The position numbers and the translations under genes were made by a program. A stretch of DNA of 64,000 bases, taken from assembly GCA_937879955.1 (NCBI GenBank), contig CALFMK010000001.1, positions 442,356 to 506,355 of the forward strand, in the 5' to 3' direction. Of the stretch, positions 30,359 through 37,430 are shown one piece after another; position 1 is the stretch's first letter, and the number at the start of each line of letters is the position of its first letter. The DNA comes from an uncultured bacterium (GTDB lineage: Bacteria > Patescibacteriota > Minisyncoccia > Phycocordibacterales > Phycocordibacteraceae). Below the pieces are notes generated by a model, which was not told where the DNA came from, made no database searches, and saw only the letters and a program-made list of their open reading frames with translations.

Positions 30359-31564
30359 CTAGAGGGCGTCTATCGCGTCATCTGCGTAATCCTGCGCCTC
30401 ATCGGCAAAATCGACTGCGTCGCCATAGTCTCCGTCGTCATAGGCATCCTCGGCATCATCGAGGGCGTCGTAGGCCTTGTCGAGGAGGTCCTCCGCCTTG
30501 CTGATCTTCGAACTCGAGCTGTCTGAGTCGTCGATCTCATCCTCGGCGTCCTGAATGGCATCCTTCGCGTCTGCTATCGCCTCCTTGGCGTCGGCCTTAT
30601 CGCCACCCTTGCTGCTACTCTCACCAATATCGTCGAGCGCCTCATCTATCGCATCCATGGCCTCGTCGACGTAATCGACCGCATCGTCGTAGTCTCCGTC
30701 GTCATAGGCATCTTTCGCGTCGTTCAAGGCATCTTTCGCGTCAGAGAGGAGGTCGTCCGCCTTCCCGGCATCCTCACCGTCGTCATACGCCTCATCGACC
30801 TTATCCTTCGCGTCGTCATAGGCATCCTCGGCATCATCGATGGCATCCTTCGCATCCGTCTTATTTCCGCTGCTATGGCTGCTTCCCCCGAACTCATCGT
30901 ACGCGTCGTCGATCGAGGACTTCGCGTCATCCGCGAGGTCCTGTGCCTCGCTGTAATCCTCCTCCACGAAAGCATAGAGCGCGTCGATGATGCTCTCCTG
31001 CGCTTCAGCAAGGTAGGTCTTGGACTTTCCGAGACCATCGCCGTCATCCTTGGCTTCCTCGTAATCATCCATCGCGTCCTCGTACGCGTCGCGTACGTCG
31101 AGAATCGCGTTACGGGCGTTCTTCTGTGCCGTTGATTCAACAGGAGTCGTTGGAGTCGGTGTGGGGGTCGGTGTTGGCGCTGGGGTGGGCGTAGGGGTTG
31201 GTACGGACGTCCCGGACGTGAGCACGATGTACTTCGCGCGTGAGATAGGTCCAAACGTTCCTGTCGCCGGCGTGATACCGTTCGCGACCTGCCATTTCTT
31301 TACAGCGGCAGCTGTCTTCTCCTTATACTGCGTAGTTTCATGACCAGCCGATCCGACACCTGATGTCGAGACCGTGAACCCCTTTGAGTTCAGGTACTGC
31401 TGCAGGCAGCGCACCGCTTCGTTTTCTGTACCAATCTCGAGATTGGTCGTGAACGTGCAGGTCGCTGCGCGAGCACCGACGGGAATAAGAAGTGCGCCTG
31501 CCGCAAGGAGCAAGACGAGCGCAAGGAACGCAGCATTCGAGCGCTCGAGAGTAGTGGTATTCAT
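30359..31564 (-). CDS. Secreted protein: peptidoglycan-binding domain, (PT)n linker and a long acidic D/A/E/Y-rich imperfect-repeat region
   Basis: Signal peptide; PG_binding_1-like motif (CLQQYLNSKGF...AVKKWQVANGI..TG.FGP); PTPTPAPTPTPTPTPT; repeated DDAKDAxDDAEDAYDDGDYDDAVD units, mirrored by DNA-level repeats at 30436 and 30810. Confidence 0.7.
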   Translation of the reverse strand: MNTTTLERSNAAFLALVLLLAAGALLIPVGARAATCTFTTNLEIGTENEAVRCLQQYLNSKGFTVSTSGVGSAGHETTQYKEKTAAAVKKWQVANGITPATGTFGPISRAKYIVLTSGTSVPTPTPTPAPTPTPTPTPTTPVESTAQKNARNAILDVRDAYEDAMDDYEEAKDDGDGLGKSKTYLAEAQESIIDALYAFVEEDYSEAQDLADDAKSSIDDAYDEFGGSSHSSGNKTDAKDAIDDAEDAYDDAKDKVDEAYDDGEDAGKADDLLSDAKDALNDAKDAYDDGDYDDAVDYVDEAMDAIDEALDDIGESSSKGGDKADAKEAIADAKDAIQDAEDEIDDSDSSSSKISKAEDLLDKAYDALDDAEDAYDDGDYGDAVDFADEAQDYADDAIDAL

Positions 31565-31707
31565 ACGCGAGATGATCATGAGTAAACGTTCCGGACTCGT
31601 ACGCAGGTACGGTGGATATACATGAAAGGATAGCACGCACGCCAACATGAATTTCTTGAAGCAATCGCCCTTACAAGAAAGAGCCTTGTTTCAAGTATCA
31701 GTAAAAA

Positions 31708-31731
31708 GAAAAGCGCCATTCGGGCGCTTTT
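31708..31731 (-). terminator. Bidirectional hairpin 3' of the tRNA-Gly(UCC)/tRNA-Pro transcript
   Basis: aaaagcgcc-attcg-ggcgctttt flanked by an A-run and a T-run. Confidence 0.7.
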
Positions 31732-31744
31732 CTTTTTATTTGAG

Positions 31745-31815
31745 TGCGGGATAGGAGAATCGGACTCCTGCTCTCAGTTTGGAAAACTGATGTTCTACCA
31801 TTAAACTAATCCCGC
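31745..31815 (-). tRNA. tRNA-Gly (anticodon UCC)
   Basis: Manual cloverleaf: GCGGGAT acceptor, anticodon loop TTTCCAA, T-arm AGGAG-TCCGATT-CTCCT (atypical C55), 71 nt, CCA not encoded. Confidence 0.7.
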
Positions 31816-31840
31816 TTTTGCGCAGAGATCAGGTATTCGG

Positions 31841-31911
31841 TCGGGGTGCGGAGAATTGAACTCCGTCTACTTGTTCCCAAAACAAGCGTACTACCGGTAT
31901 ACGACACCCCG
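31841..31911 (-). tRNA. tRNA-Pro (anticodon UGG)
   Basis: Manual cloverleaf: C1-G72, anticodon loop TTTGGGA, T-loop TTCAATT, discriminator A, CCA not encoded. Confidence 0.75.
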
Positions 31912-32108
31912 ACTCAATACCCGATCCTGCAGCCTGGAAGGCTCGGATGGCACAGGACACACCTTCTCACAAATCTCCTGTCTTCGCTATCCTAACAGAT
32001 TTATTGGATTTGTGTCAGGTGGTCATGAGACCAAGGCTATGTCCTTAGGATTGCCTTTTATACTGGCATTATTCACATGCCTTGGGCGGTCCTACTTCCT
32101 CAAGTTTC

Positions 32109-32195
32109 TTAGACACATACCCTTCCTCTCAGATAAGGCCTTAAGAAATACATTATAAAATATAGGTTATTTAGGAAATATGAAATTTTCTTCAT
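32109..32195 (-). CDS. Candidate 28-aa hydrophobic/aromatic micro-ORF (MKKISYFLNNLYFIMYFLRPYLRGRVCV) with a perfect AGGAGG RBS
   Basis: AGGAGG 5 nt upstream of the ATG on the minus strand, in the low-GC spacer between tRNAs; not in the ORF track (<60 aa). Confidence 0.25.
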   Translation of the reverse strand: MKKISYFLNNLYFIMYFLRPYLRGRVCV

Positions 32196-32305
32196 AAAGA
32201 CCTCCTGTCCTTTATCCCCAATGTCCCCAAACTTATCCACTGTTTTCCACACGTGAAAGACACGGCAATTATGGGTGTCTTTTTATCCCTATTGCGAAGA
32301 TTTAT

Positions 32306-32338
32306 ATGACAAAGCGCCTCAGAAAGGCGCTTTGTCAT
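32306..32338 (-). terminator. Perfect 13-bp-stem hairpin 3' of the tRNA-Arg/tRNA-Gly(GCC) pair
   Basis: atgacaaagcgcc-tcagaaa-ggcgctttgtcat. Confidence 0.65.
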
Positions 32339-32350
32339 ATCTCATATCGG

Positions 32351-32421
32351 TGCGGATAGGGAGAATCGAACTCCCGACTCGTCCTTGGCAAGGACGCGTT
32401 TTACCACTAAACCATATCCGC
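32351..32421 (-). tRNA. tRNA-Gly (anticodon GCC)
   Basis: Manual cloverleaf: GCGGATA acceptor, anticodon loop TTGCCAA, T-loop TTCGATT, 71 nt, terminal CC encoded but not the A. Confidence 0.8.
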
Positions 32422-32461
32422 TTCGGGAGGATAATAGCATATCCTTTCCCTACTTTTCCAG

Positions 32462-32533
32462 TGCTCCCGCCAGGACTCGAACCTGGAACGACAGTTCCGA
32501 AGACTGTTGTGATATCCATTTCACCACAGGAGC
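32462..32533 (-). tRNA. tRNA-Arg (anticodon UCG)
   Basis: Manual cloverleaf: GCTCCTG acceptor (one G-U), anticodon loop CTTCGGA, T-loop TTCGAGT, 72 nt. Confidence 0.7.
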
Positions 32534-32635
32534 CCCATATCGGATCCGTACCCACGAAACATGGGTAAGCCGGCTCCTTACCCGATACTACGCCACCCCT
32601 AGGAGAATGGCCATCACCGTACTAGTATTTTCGCT

Positions 32636-34099
32636 ATGAGGTTCTCCATCCCCCTTGAGGTTTCCCGTGTAACCTCTGCCCTGCGTGAGGCTGGATTTGA
32701 GGCATATCTGGTCGGCGGATGCGTCCGCGACCTCTTTCTGAAGAGAACCCCGAAAGACTGGGATATCACCACGAATGCAAAGCCGGCCCAGATTCAGGCG
32801 GTATTCCCCGAATCCTTCTACGAGAACGACTTTGGGACCGTGGGAGTGAAGACCGGAAGCGAGGACCCTTCCCTTTCCATCATCGAGGTAACACCCTATC
32901 GCACGGAAACTGGGTATTCGGATAAGCGCCGCCCTGACGCAGTATCCTTTGGGGATAACCTTGAGGACGACCTTGCCCGTCGAGACTTCACGATCAATGC
33001 CATCGCGTTCGACGATTCTAAAGGACTTATTGTCGACCCATTTAAAGGACAAAAGGACATAGAATCTCGTGTATTAAGGACAGTCGGGATTGCAACTGAG
33101 CGCTTTGAGGAGGACGCGCTCCGCCTTATGCGTGCCGTACGACTTGTGGCCGAACTTGAATTCGCGCTCGATACCGATACGGCATCAGCAATCAAGGATA
33201 AGGGGCCTAATCTTGAGCACATTTCACGTGAAAGGATTCGGGACGAGTTCATTCGCATACTGAACTCAAGACAGCCAATGATGGCCCTTGTGCTCTCCCA
33301 TCAGCTTGGAATCCTTGGCTACATAGCCCCTGATCTCATCCGTGGAGTCGGTATTGAGCAGAACCAGGCGCACAGCTACGACGTTTTCGGTCATCTTATG
33401 CGCTCAATGCAGCACGCAGCGGATAAGGATTGGGATTTCGATATACGCCTTGCTGCGGTATTCCATGACGTATCAAAGCCAGAAACCCGCCGCTGGTCTG
33501 ATGAGAAACATGACTGGACATTCCACGGGCATGAAGTCGTTGGTTCACGTGTAACCAAGAGAGCCCTTGAAAACCTTAAGTTTCCACGTGAAACGATTGA
33601 TAGAGTGAGCAAGCTCGTGCGTTGGCACATGTTCTTCTCAGATCCAGACCAGATTACCCTTTCAGCGGTACGCCGTATGATTCGCAATGTCGGCGAAGAG
33701 AATATCTGGGACCTACTCAATCTGCGCATCTGCGATCGTATCGGCACAGGACGTCCAAAGGAGCAGCCATTCCGCTTCCGACGCTATAAGGCCATGGTGG
33801 AGGAGGCCCTCCGGGATCCGATATCCGTATCGATGCTTAAAACCGATGGTTCACGCATTATGACGAAGTTCCACGTGCAACCAGGACCGAAGATAGGATA
33901 TGCGCTCCACGCGTTGCTTGAGGAAGTGCTTGAGAACCCGAAACTTAACACGGAAACCTATCTAGACACTCGGACCGAAGAGCTTCTCTCCCTTCCTGAG
34001 AATGAACTCAAGGAGTTGGGTGAATCTGGAAAGAAAAGAAGGGAAGTCGAGGAAGAGCGCGAAATCAAAGAAATTCTCGAAAAACACCACGTTTGCTAG
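32636..34099 (+). CDS. cca: CCA-adding tRNA nucleotidyltransferase (class II head domain plus HD domain), compositionally atypical
   Basis: 487 aa; GGCVRDLFL...DWDITT nucleotidyltransferase motif; HD domain FHDVSK...GHE; GC near 50% against about 65% around it. Confidence 0.85.
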   Translation: MRFSIPLEVSRVTSALREAGFEAYLVGGCVRDLFLKRTPKDWDITTNAKPAQIQAVFPESFYENDFGTVGVKTGSEDPSLSIIEVTPYRTETGYSDKRRPDAVSFGDNLEDDLARRDFTINAIAFDDSKGLIVDPFKGQKDIESRVLRTVGIATERFEEDALRLMRAVRLVAELEFALDTDTASAIKDKGPNLEHISRERIRDEFIRILNSRQPMMALVLSHQLGILGYIAPDLIRGVGIEQNQAHSYDVFGHLMRSMQHAADKDWDFDIRLAAVFHDVSKPETRRWSDEKHDWTFHGHEVVGSRVTKRALENLKFPRETIDRVSKLVRWHMFFSDPDQITLSAVRRMIRNVGEENIWDLLNLRICDRIGTGRPKEQPFRFRRYKAMVEEALRDPISVSMLKTDGSRIMTKFHVQPGPKIGYALHALLEEVLENPKLNTETYLDTRTEELLSLPENELKELGESGKKRREVEEEREIKEILEKHHVC

Positions 34100-34127
34100 G
34101 TTTGTCGGCTGTGCGACCCTTTCACGT

Positions 34128-34161
34128 GTAACAAAAGGACCATTCAAGGTCCTTTTGTTAC
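34128..34161 (+). terminator. Perfect 14-bp-stem hairpin after cca
   Basis: gtaacaaaaggacc-attcaa-ggtccttttgttac. Confidence 0.7.
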
Positions 34162-34187
34162 ATTGAGACGTTACACGTGAAATACGA

Positions 34188-34210
34188 AAGGCCTGCGTAG
34201 CAGGCCTTTG
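34188..34210 (+). terminator. Second tandem hairpin after cca
   Basis: aaaggcctgc-gta-gcaggccttt. Confidence 0.55.
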
Positions 34211-34577
34211 GGTGTGGTCAGCGGTTCATCCAGAACAAGAGAGCAGGGGGATATGGGGAAGGGGGCTTGGGATGATTGCTCTCTAATAGAGTGGGAAGAA
34301 CTGAGCTGACGGAACTGATGATTGTGTGCTTTCACGTGGAACCGAGTCGGCTAGACCCAGTAGGTGTTAGGCAGATACGCTGCGATCCGTTGGACAGTCG
34401 GCGGTAACACGCTGATATGCACGTGATAGGGAACAAAGAGCTCGCAAAGAACATCGCCTCCTGAAAGGGAAGGCGCGTCTCTCACGAGCGTTGCCGACCC
34501 CCAGGTCTTCATAGATACTACGTGTCCTATAGGACAGAGTAAAGGACAACTCTGTGGATAGAGTGGATAAATGTCCT

Positions 34578-35372
34578 TTAAAGCGTTATGGACACCGGGC
34601 AGTGGTCAGAGCCGTATATATCGTCATGTATCTCGGCGTTCTTCACCTTGGACGCGAGCTTCTTCGATACGAAAATATAGTCGATACGCCATCCGACGTT
34701 CCTGTCGCGAGCCATCCGGAAAGGGCTCCACCATGAGTAGCGACCGCTTCCTTGAGTAAAGAGGCGGAACGTATCGATGAATCCAGCCTGTATCATCTGG
34801 TCGATTCCGCTGCGCTCCTCCTTCGTATACCCATGACCGCCCTCGTTCGCCTTCGGGTTCGCTAGGTCATCGGGGGTATGCGCCACGTTCAGATCCCCGC
34901 AGAATATTACCGGCTTTTCCTTCTCGAGCCGCTTCATATAGGCGAGGAAGGCCGGATCCCATTTGTCATGGCGAAGGCTGAGGCGAGAGAGGTCTTCTTT
35001 CGAATTCGGCGTATATACCGAAACGACCCAGAATGACCCCATGTCAGCCGCTATGATGCGACCCTCCTCGTTCGGATCGCCGTATCCATCATCAGATAGG
35101 CCGTATTCCTGAGCGATGTCCTCAGGCATGCCGAAGAGCACATCTTCAGGTACCTGCTTCGTGAAAATCGCGGTCCCGCTGTAGCCCTTCTTATTCCTTG
35201 CTGAATGCCAGTACTCCTCATAGCCCATAAGGTCGACAGGGGACTGGTGCTGCTCGGCCTTAGTCTCCTGCAGACAGATGATGTCTGGTTTCAGCTGCTT
35301 AACGAAGGGCTCGAACAGGCCCTTCTTATGCACAGCCCGAATGCCATTCACGTTCCAAGAGACGATCTTCAT
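34578..35372 (-). CDS. xth: Exodeoxyribonuclease III (AP endonuclease)
   Basis: 264 aa; MKIVSWNVNGIRA...CLQETK...GDLNVAH...SDHCPV. Confidence 0.92.
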   Translation of the reverse strand: MKIVSWNVNGIRAVHKKGLFEPFVKQLKPDIICLQETKAEQHQSPVDLMGYEEYWHSARNKKGYSGTAIFTKQVPEDVLFGMPEDIAQEYGLSDDGYGDPNEEGRIIAADMGSFWVVSVYTPNSKEDLSRLSLRHDKWDPAFLAYMKRLEKEKPVIFCGDLNVAHTPDDLANPKANEGGHGYTKEERSGIDQMIQAGFIDTFRLFTQGSGRYSWWSPFRMARDRNVGWRIDYIFVSKKLASKVKNAEIHDDIYGSDHCPVSITL

Positions 35373-35422
35373 TCCTCCATTCTATAGCAAAGCCTGAACG
35401 ATCCGATGCTAGCTGCTCAGGC

Positions 35423-36331
35423 CTATCCTCTCTTCGAATGAAACTTCTTATGCACGTCCCTCAGATGACTGTCCGTCACATGCGTATAGATCTGGGTCGT
35501 ATTTATGGAGGCATGGCCGAGGAGGGCCTGGACGGAGCGGATATCTGCGCCATTCGCCAGAAGGTCGGTAGCGAACGAGTGGCGCATGACGTGCGGCGTT
35601 ACCTTCTTCGTAATGCCGGCTTTCGCCGCGTAGGTCTTGATCAGGAGCTCGATGGAGCGCGGGGTGAGGCGGGTAGGGACGCGCTTCTTCGCCTCCTTCT
35701 TCCGCGCCACGCTCACGAAAAGCGCAGGCTCCATGTCCGTACGAACCTTTAAATAGGCCCTTACGGCATCCTTCGCGGCGTCCGAGAGGAATACCACGCG
35801 CACCTTCTCGCCCTTTCCACGTACGGAAAAGTCGTCACGCGAGAGATCGAGGTCGGAATCGAGGCTACAGAGCTCGGAAACGCGCAGGCCGGTCGAAAAA
35901 AGCAGCTCGAGGATCGCCTTATCGCGAAGCGAGCGCTCGTCGTTACCCTCGGTCGCCTTGAGCAGGCGATCGAGCTCTGCATTTGAGATGAGATCGAGAT
36001 GGCGCTCAGGAACCTTCGCGAGCTCTATCTTCTCCGGCGAAAGGGAAGGGATGTCGCGCTTCCTGAGGTATTTCAGATATGCCCGAAGCGCGATGAGGTA
36101 GTAGTTCTGAGTCCTGCGCTTCATCGAGTCCTTGTTCGTTCCGGGCTGACGGTTCAGCCACATGCGGAACTCGCGCACCTTCGTCTCGGTTATGTCTGAC
36201 GCGTCCTGTATCTCGGCCCAGTCGAGGAACCGCGTAAGGTAATGGTCATAGTTCTCGACCGTCTTAACGGCCCGTCCTCGTTCTATCTCTATATACTCGA
36301 GGAATTCACGCTTCATCTGCCCCGCATCCAT
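35423..36331 (-). CDS. Tyrosine site-specific recombinase (XerC/XerD-like)
   Basis: R..H..R..Y catalytic region (HVMRHSFAT...LLGHASINTTQIYTHV); N-terminal core-binding domain; start at MDAGQMKREF. Confidence 0.85.
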   Translation of the reverse strand: MDAGQMKREFLEYIEIERGRAVKTVENYDHYLTRFLDWAEIQDASDITETKVREFRMWLNRQPGTNKDSMKRRTQNYYLIALRAYLKYLRKRDIPSLSPEKIELAKVPERHLDLISNAELDRLLKATEGNDERSLRDKAILELLFSTGLRVSELCSLDSDLDLSRDDFSVRGKGEKVRVVFLSDAAKDAVRAYLKVRTDMEPALFVSVARKKEAKKRVPTRLTPRSIELLIKTYAAKAGITKKVTPHVMRHSFATDLLANGADIRSVQALLGHASINTTQIYTHVTDSHLRDVHKKFHSKRG

Positions 36332-36446
36332 GCAAAAAGGGTAGCATGCTGCTTCGCACAATATGCCAGGGCAGGTCCTCGGCCCTGAGGAAACGCCTAC
36401 TAGGAAACACTTGCGCTCTTAATCAAGGTGTGGTAAGGTGTGGCCA

Positions 36447-36713
36447 ATGCTTACGAAACGAGTAAAGACCGCCGTCATTAAGGATGCGGCACGCCATGAC
36501 ACCGACACCGGCTCTGCCGACGTCCAGGTCGCTATCCTTAGCCGCAAGATCGACGAGCTCACCAACCATCTCAAGAAGAACAAGAAGGATTTCCATTCCC
36601 GACGCGGACTTCTCCAGATGGTCGCTGACCGCCGCACGCACCTGCGCTACCTCGAGAAGAACGACAAGCGTCGCTACAGCGCGGTCGTGAAGAAGCTCGG
36701 ACTCAAGAAGTAG
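36447..36713 (+). CDS. rpsO: 30S ribosomal protein S15
   Basis: DTGSADVQVAILSRKI..L..HLK..KKDFHSRRGLL; AAGGTG SD 7 nt upstream of the ATG at 36447 (the track's GTG at 36438 is less likely). Confidence 0.9.
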   Translation: MLTKRVKTAVIKDAARHDTDTGSADVQVAILSRKIDELTNHLKKNKKDFHSRRGLLQMVADRRTHLRYLEKNDKRRYSAVVKKLGLKK

Positions 36714-36715
36714 GG

Positions 36716-36746
36716 AATCGCGGGGCACACAGCCCCGCGATTTTCG
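36716..36746 (+). terminator. Rho-independent terminator after rpsO
   Basis: aatcgcggggc-acaca-gccccgcgatttt. Confidence 0.75.
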
Positions 36747-36818
36747 TTCGTACGCAGGTGCTAGAATATCAAGACGGCTCCTCTGAGCCGCATTACACCC
36801 TTTTAATACAGAACCGCC

Positions 36819-37331
36819 ATGCCCGTGATCAAGCATCCGGCGCAGCGTGTGGGGGTTTTCATAGATACCCAGAACCTCTACCACAGCGCCAAGCATCTCT
36901 ATAAATCCCGCGTGAACTTCGCGAAGGTCCTCGAAGAGGCCGTCGGAGACCGCGTCCTCGTACGTGCTATCGCCTACGTCATCTCAACCGAAGGTGGTGA
37001 CGAGAGTGCCTTCTTCGACGCTCTCACCAAGATCGGCATCGAGACGAAGGTGAAGGGGCTCCAGATATTCTCTGACGGCGCCAAGAAGGCCGACTGGGAC
37101 GTCGGGCTCGCGATAGACGCCGTGAAGCTCGCACCGAAACTCGACACCGTCATCATCGCCTCGGGCGACGGGGATTTCGTTCCGCTCATCGAGTACCTGG
37201 ACATGAACCAGGGCTGCCAGGTAGAGGTCATATCCTTCGGCAAGTCGTCCTCCCAGAAGCTGAAGGAAGCCGCACATGCGTTCACCGACATGTGCGACAA
37301 CCCGAAGAAGTTCATCATCGGTCACCGATAG
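36819..37331 (+). CDS. NYN-domain (LabA-like) protein
   Basis: 170 aa; VGVFIDTQNLYHS...IIASGDGDFVPL. Confidence 0.8.
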   Translation: MPVIKHPAQRVGVFIDTQNLYHSAKHLYKSRVNFAKVLEEAVGDRVLVRAIAYVISTEGGDESAFFDALTKIGIETKVKGLQIFSDGAKKADWDVGLAIDAVKLAPKLDTVIIASGDGDFVPLIEYLDMNQGCQVEVISFGKSSSQKLKEAAHAFTDMCDNPKKFIIGHR

Positions 37332-37348
37332 AAATGATCGAAGGACTG

Positions 37349-37380
37349 TAAGAGCCGCACTCGCATGAGTGCGGCTCTTA
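37349..37380 (+). terminator. 14-bp-stem hairpin after the NYN gene (no U-run)
   Basis: taagagccgcactc-gcat-gagtgcggctctta. Confidence 0.45.
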
Positions 37381-37430
37381 CCCTATACACGGCCGCTTCG
37401 GTTCTTATGCCGTGCCCCGGGTATAATCGT

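Noticed and set aside
31912-32305. Possible RNase P RNA, tmRNA or SRP RNA in the AT-rich spacers of the tRNA island
   Set aside because: I looked for GGAAAGUCCGG / ACAGAACCCGGCUUA (RNase P), a tmRNA tRNA-like domain (GGGGGUUCGAUUCCCCC) and the SRP domain IV string on both strands. None was found, so no ncRNA is claimed.
31856-32568. Track ORFs 31856..32158 (+), 32275..32568 (+) and 32319..32555 (-)
   Set aside because: They overlap the four tRNA genes and their terminators, and have no protein-like features.
990-34570. Scattered 8/9 DnaA-box-like 9-mers (about 990, 28666, 34554-34570)
   Set aside because: These are isolated matches far from dnaA, expected by chance in 64 kb, so they are not used to call oriC.
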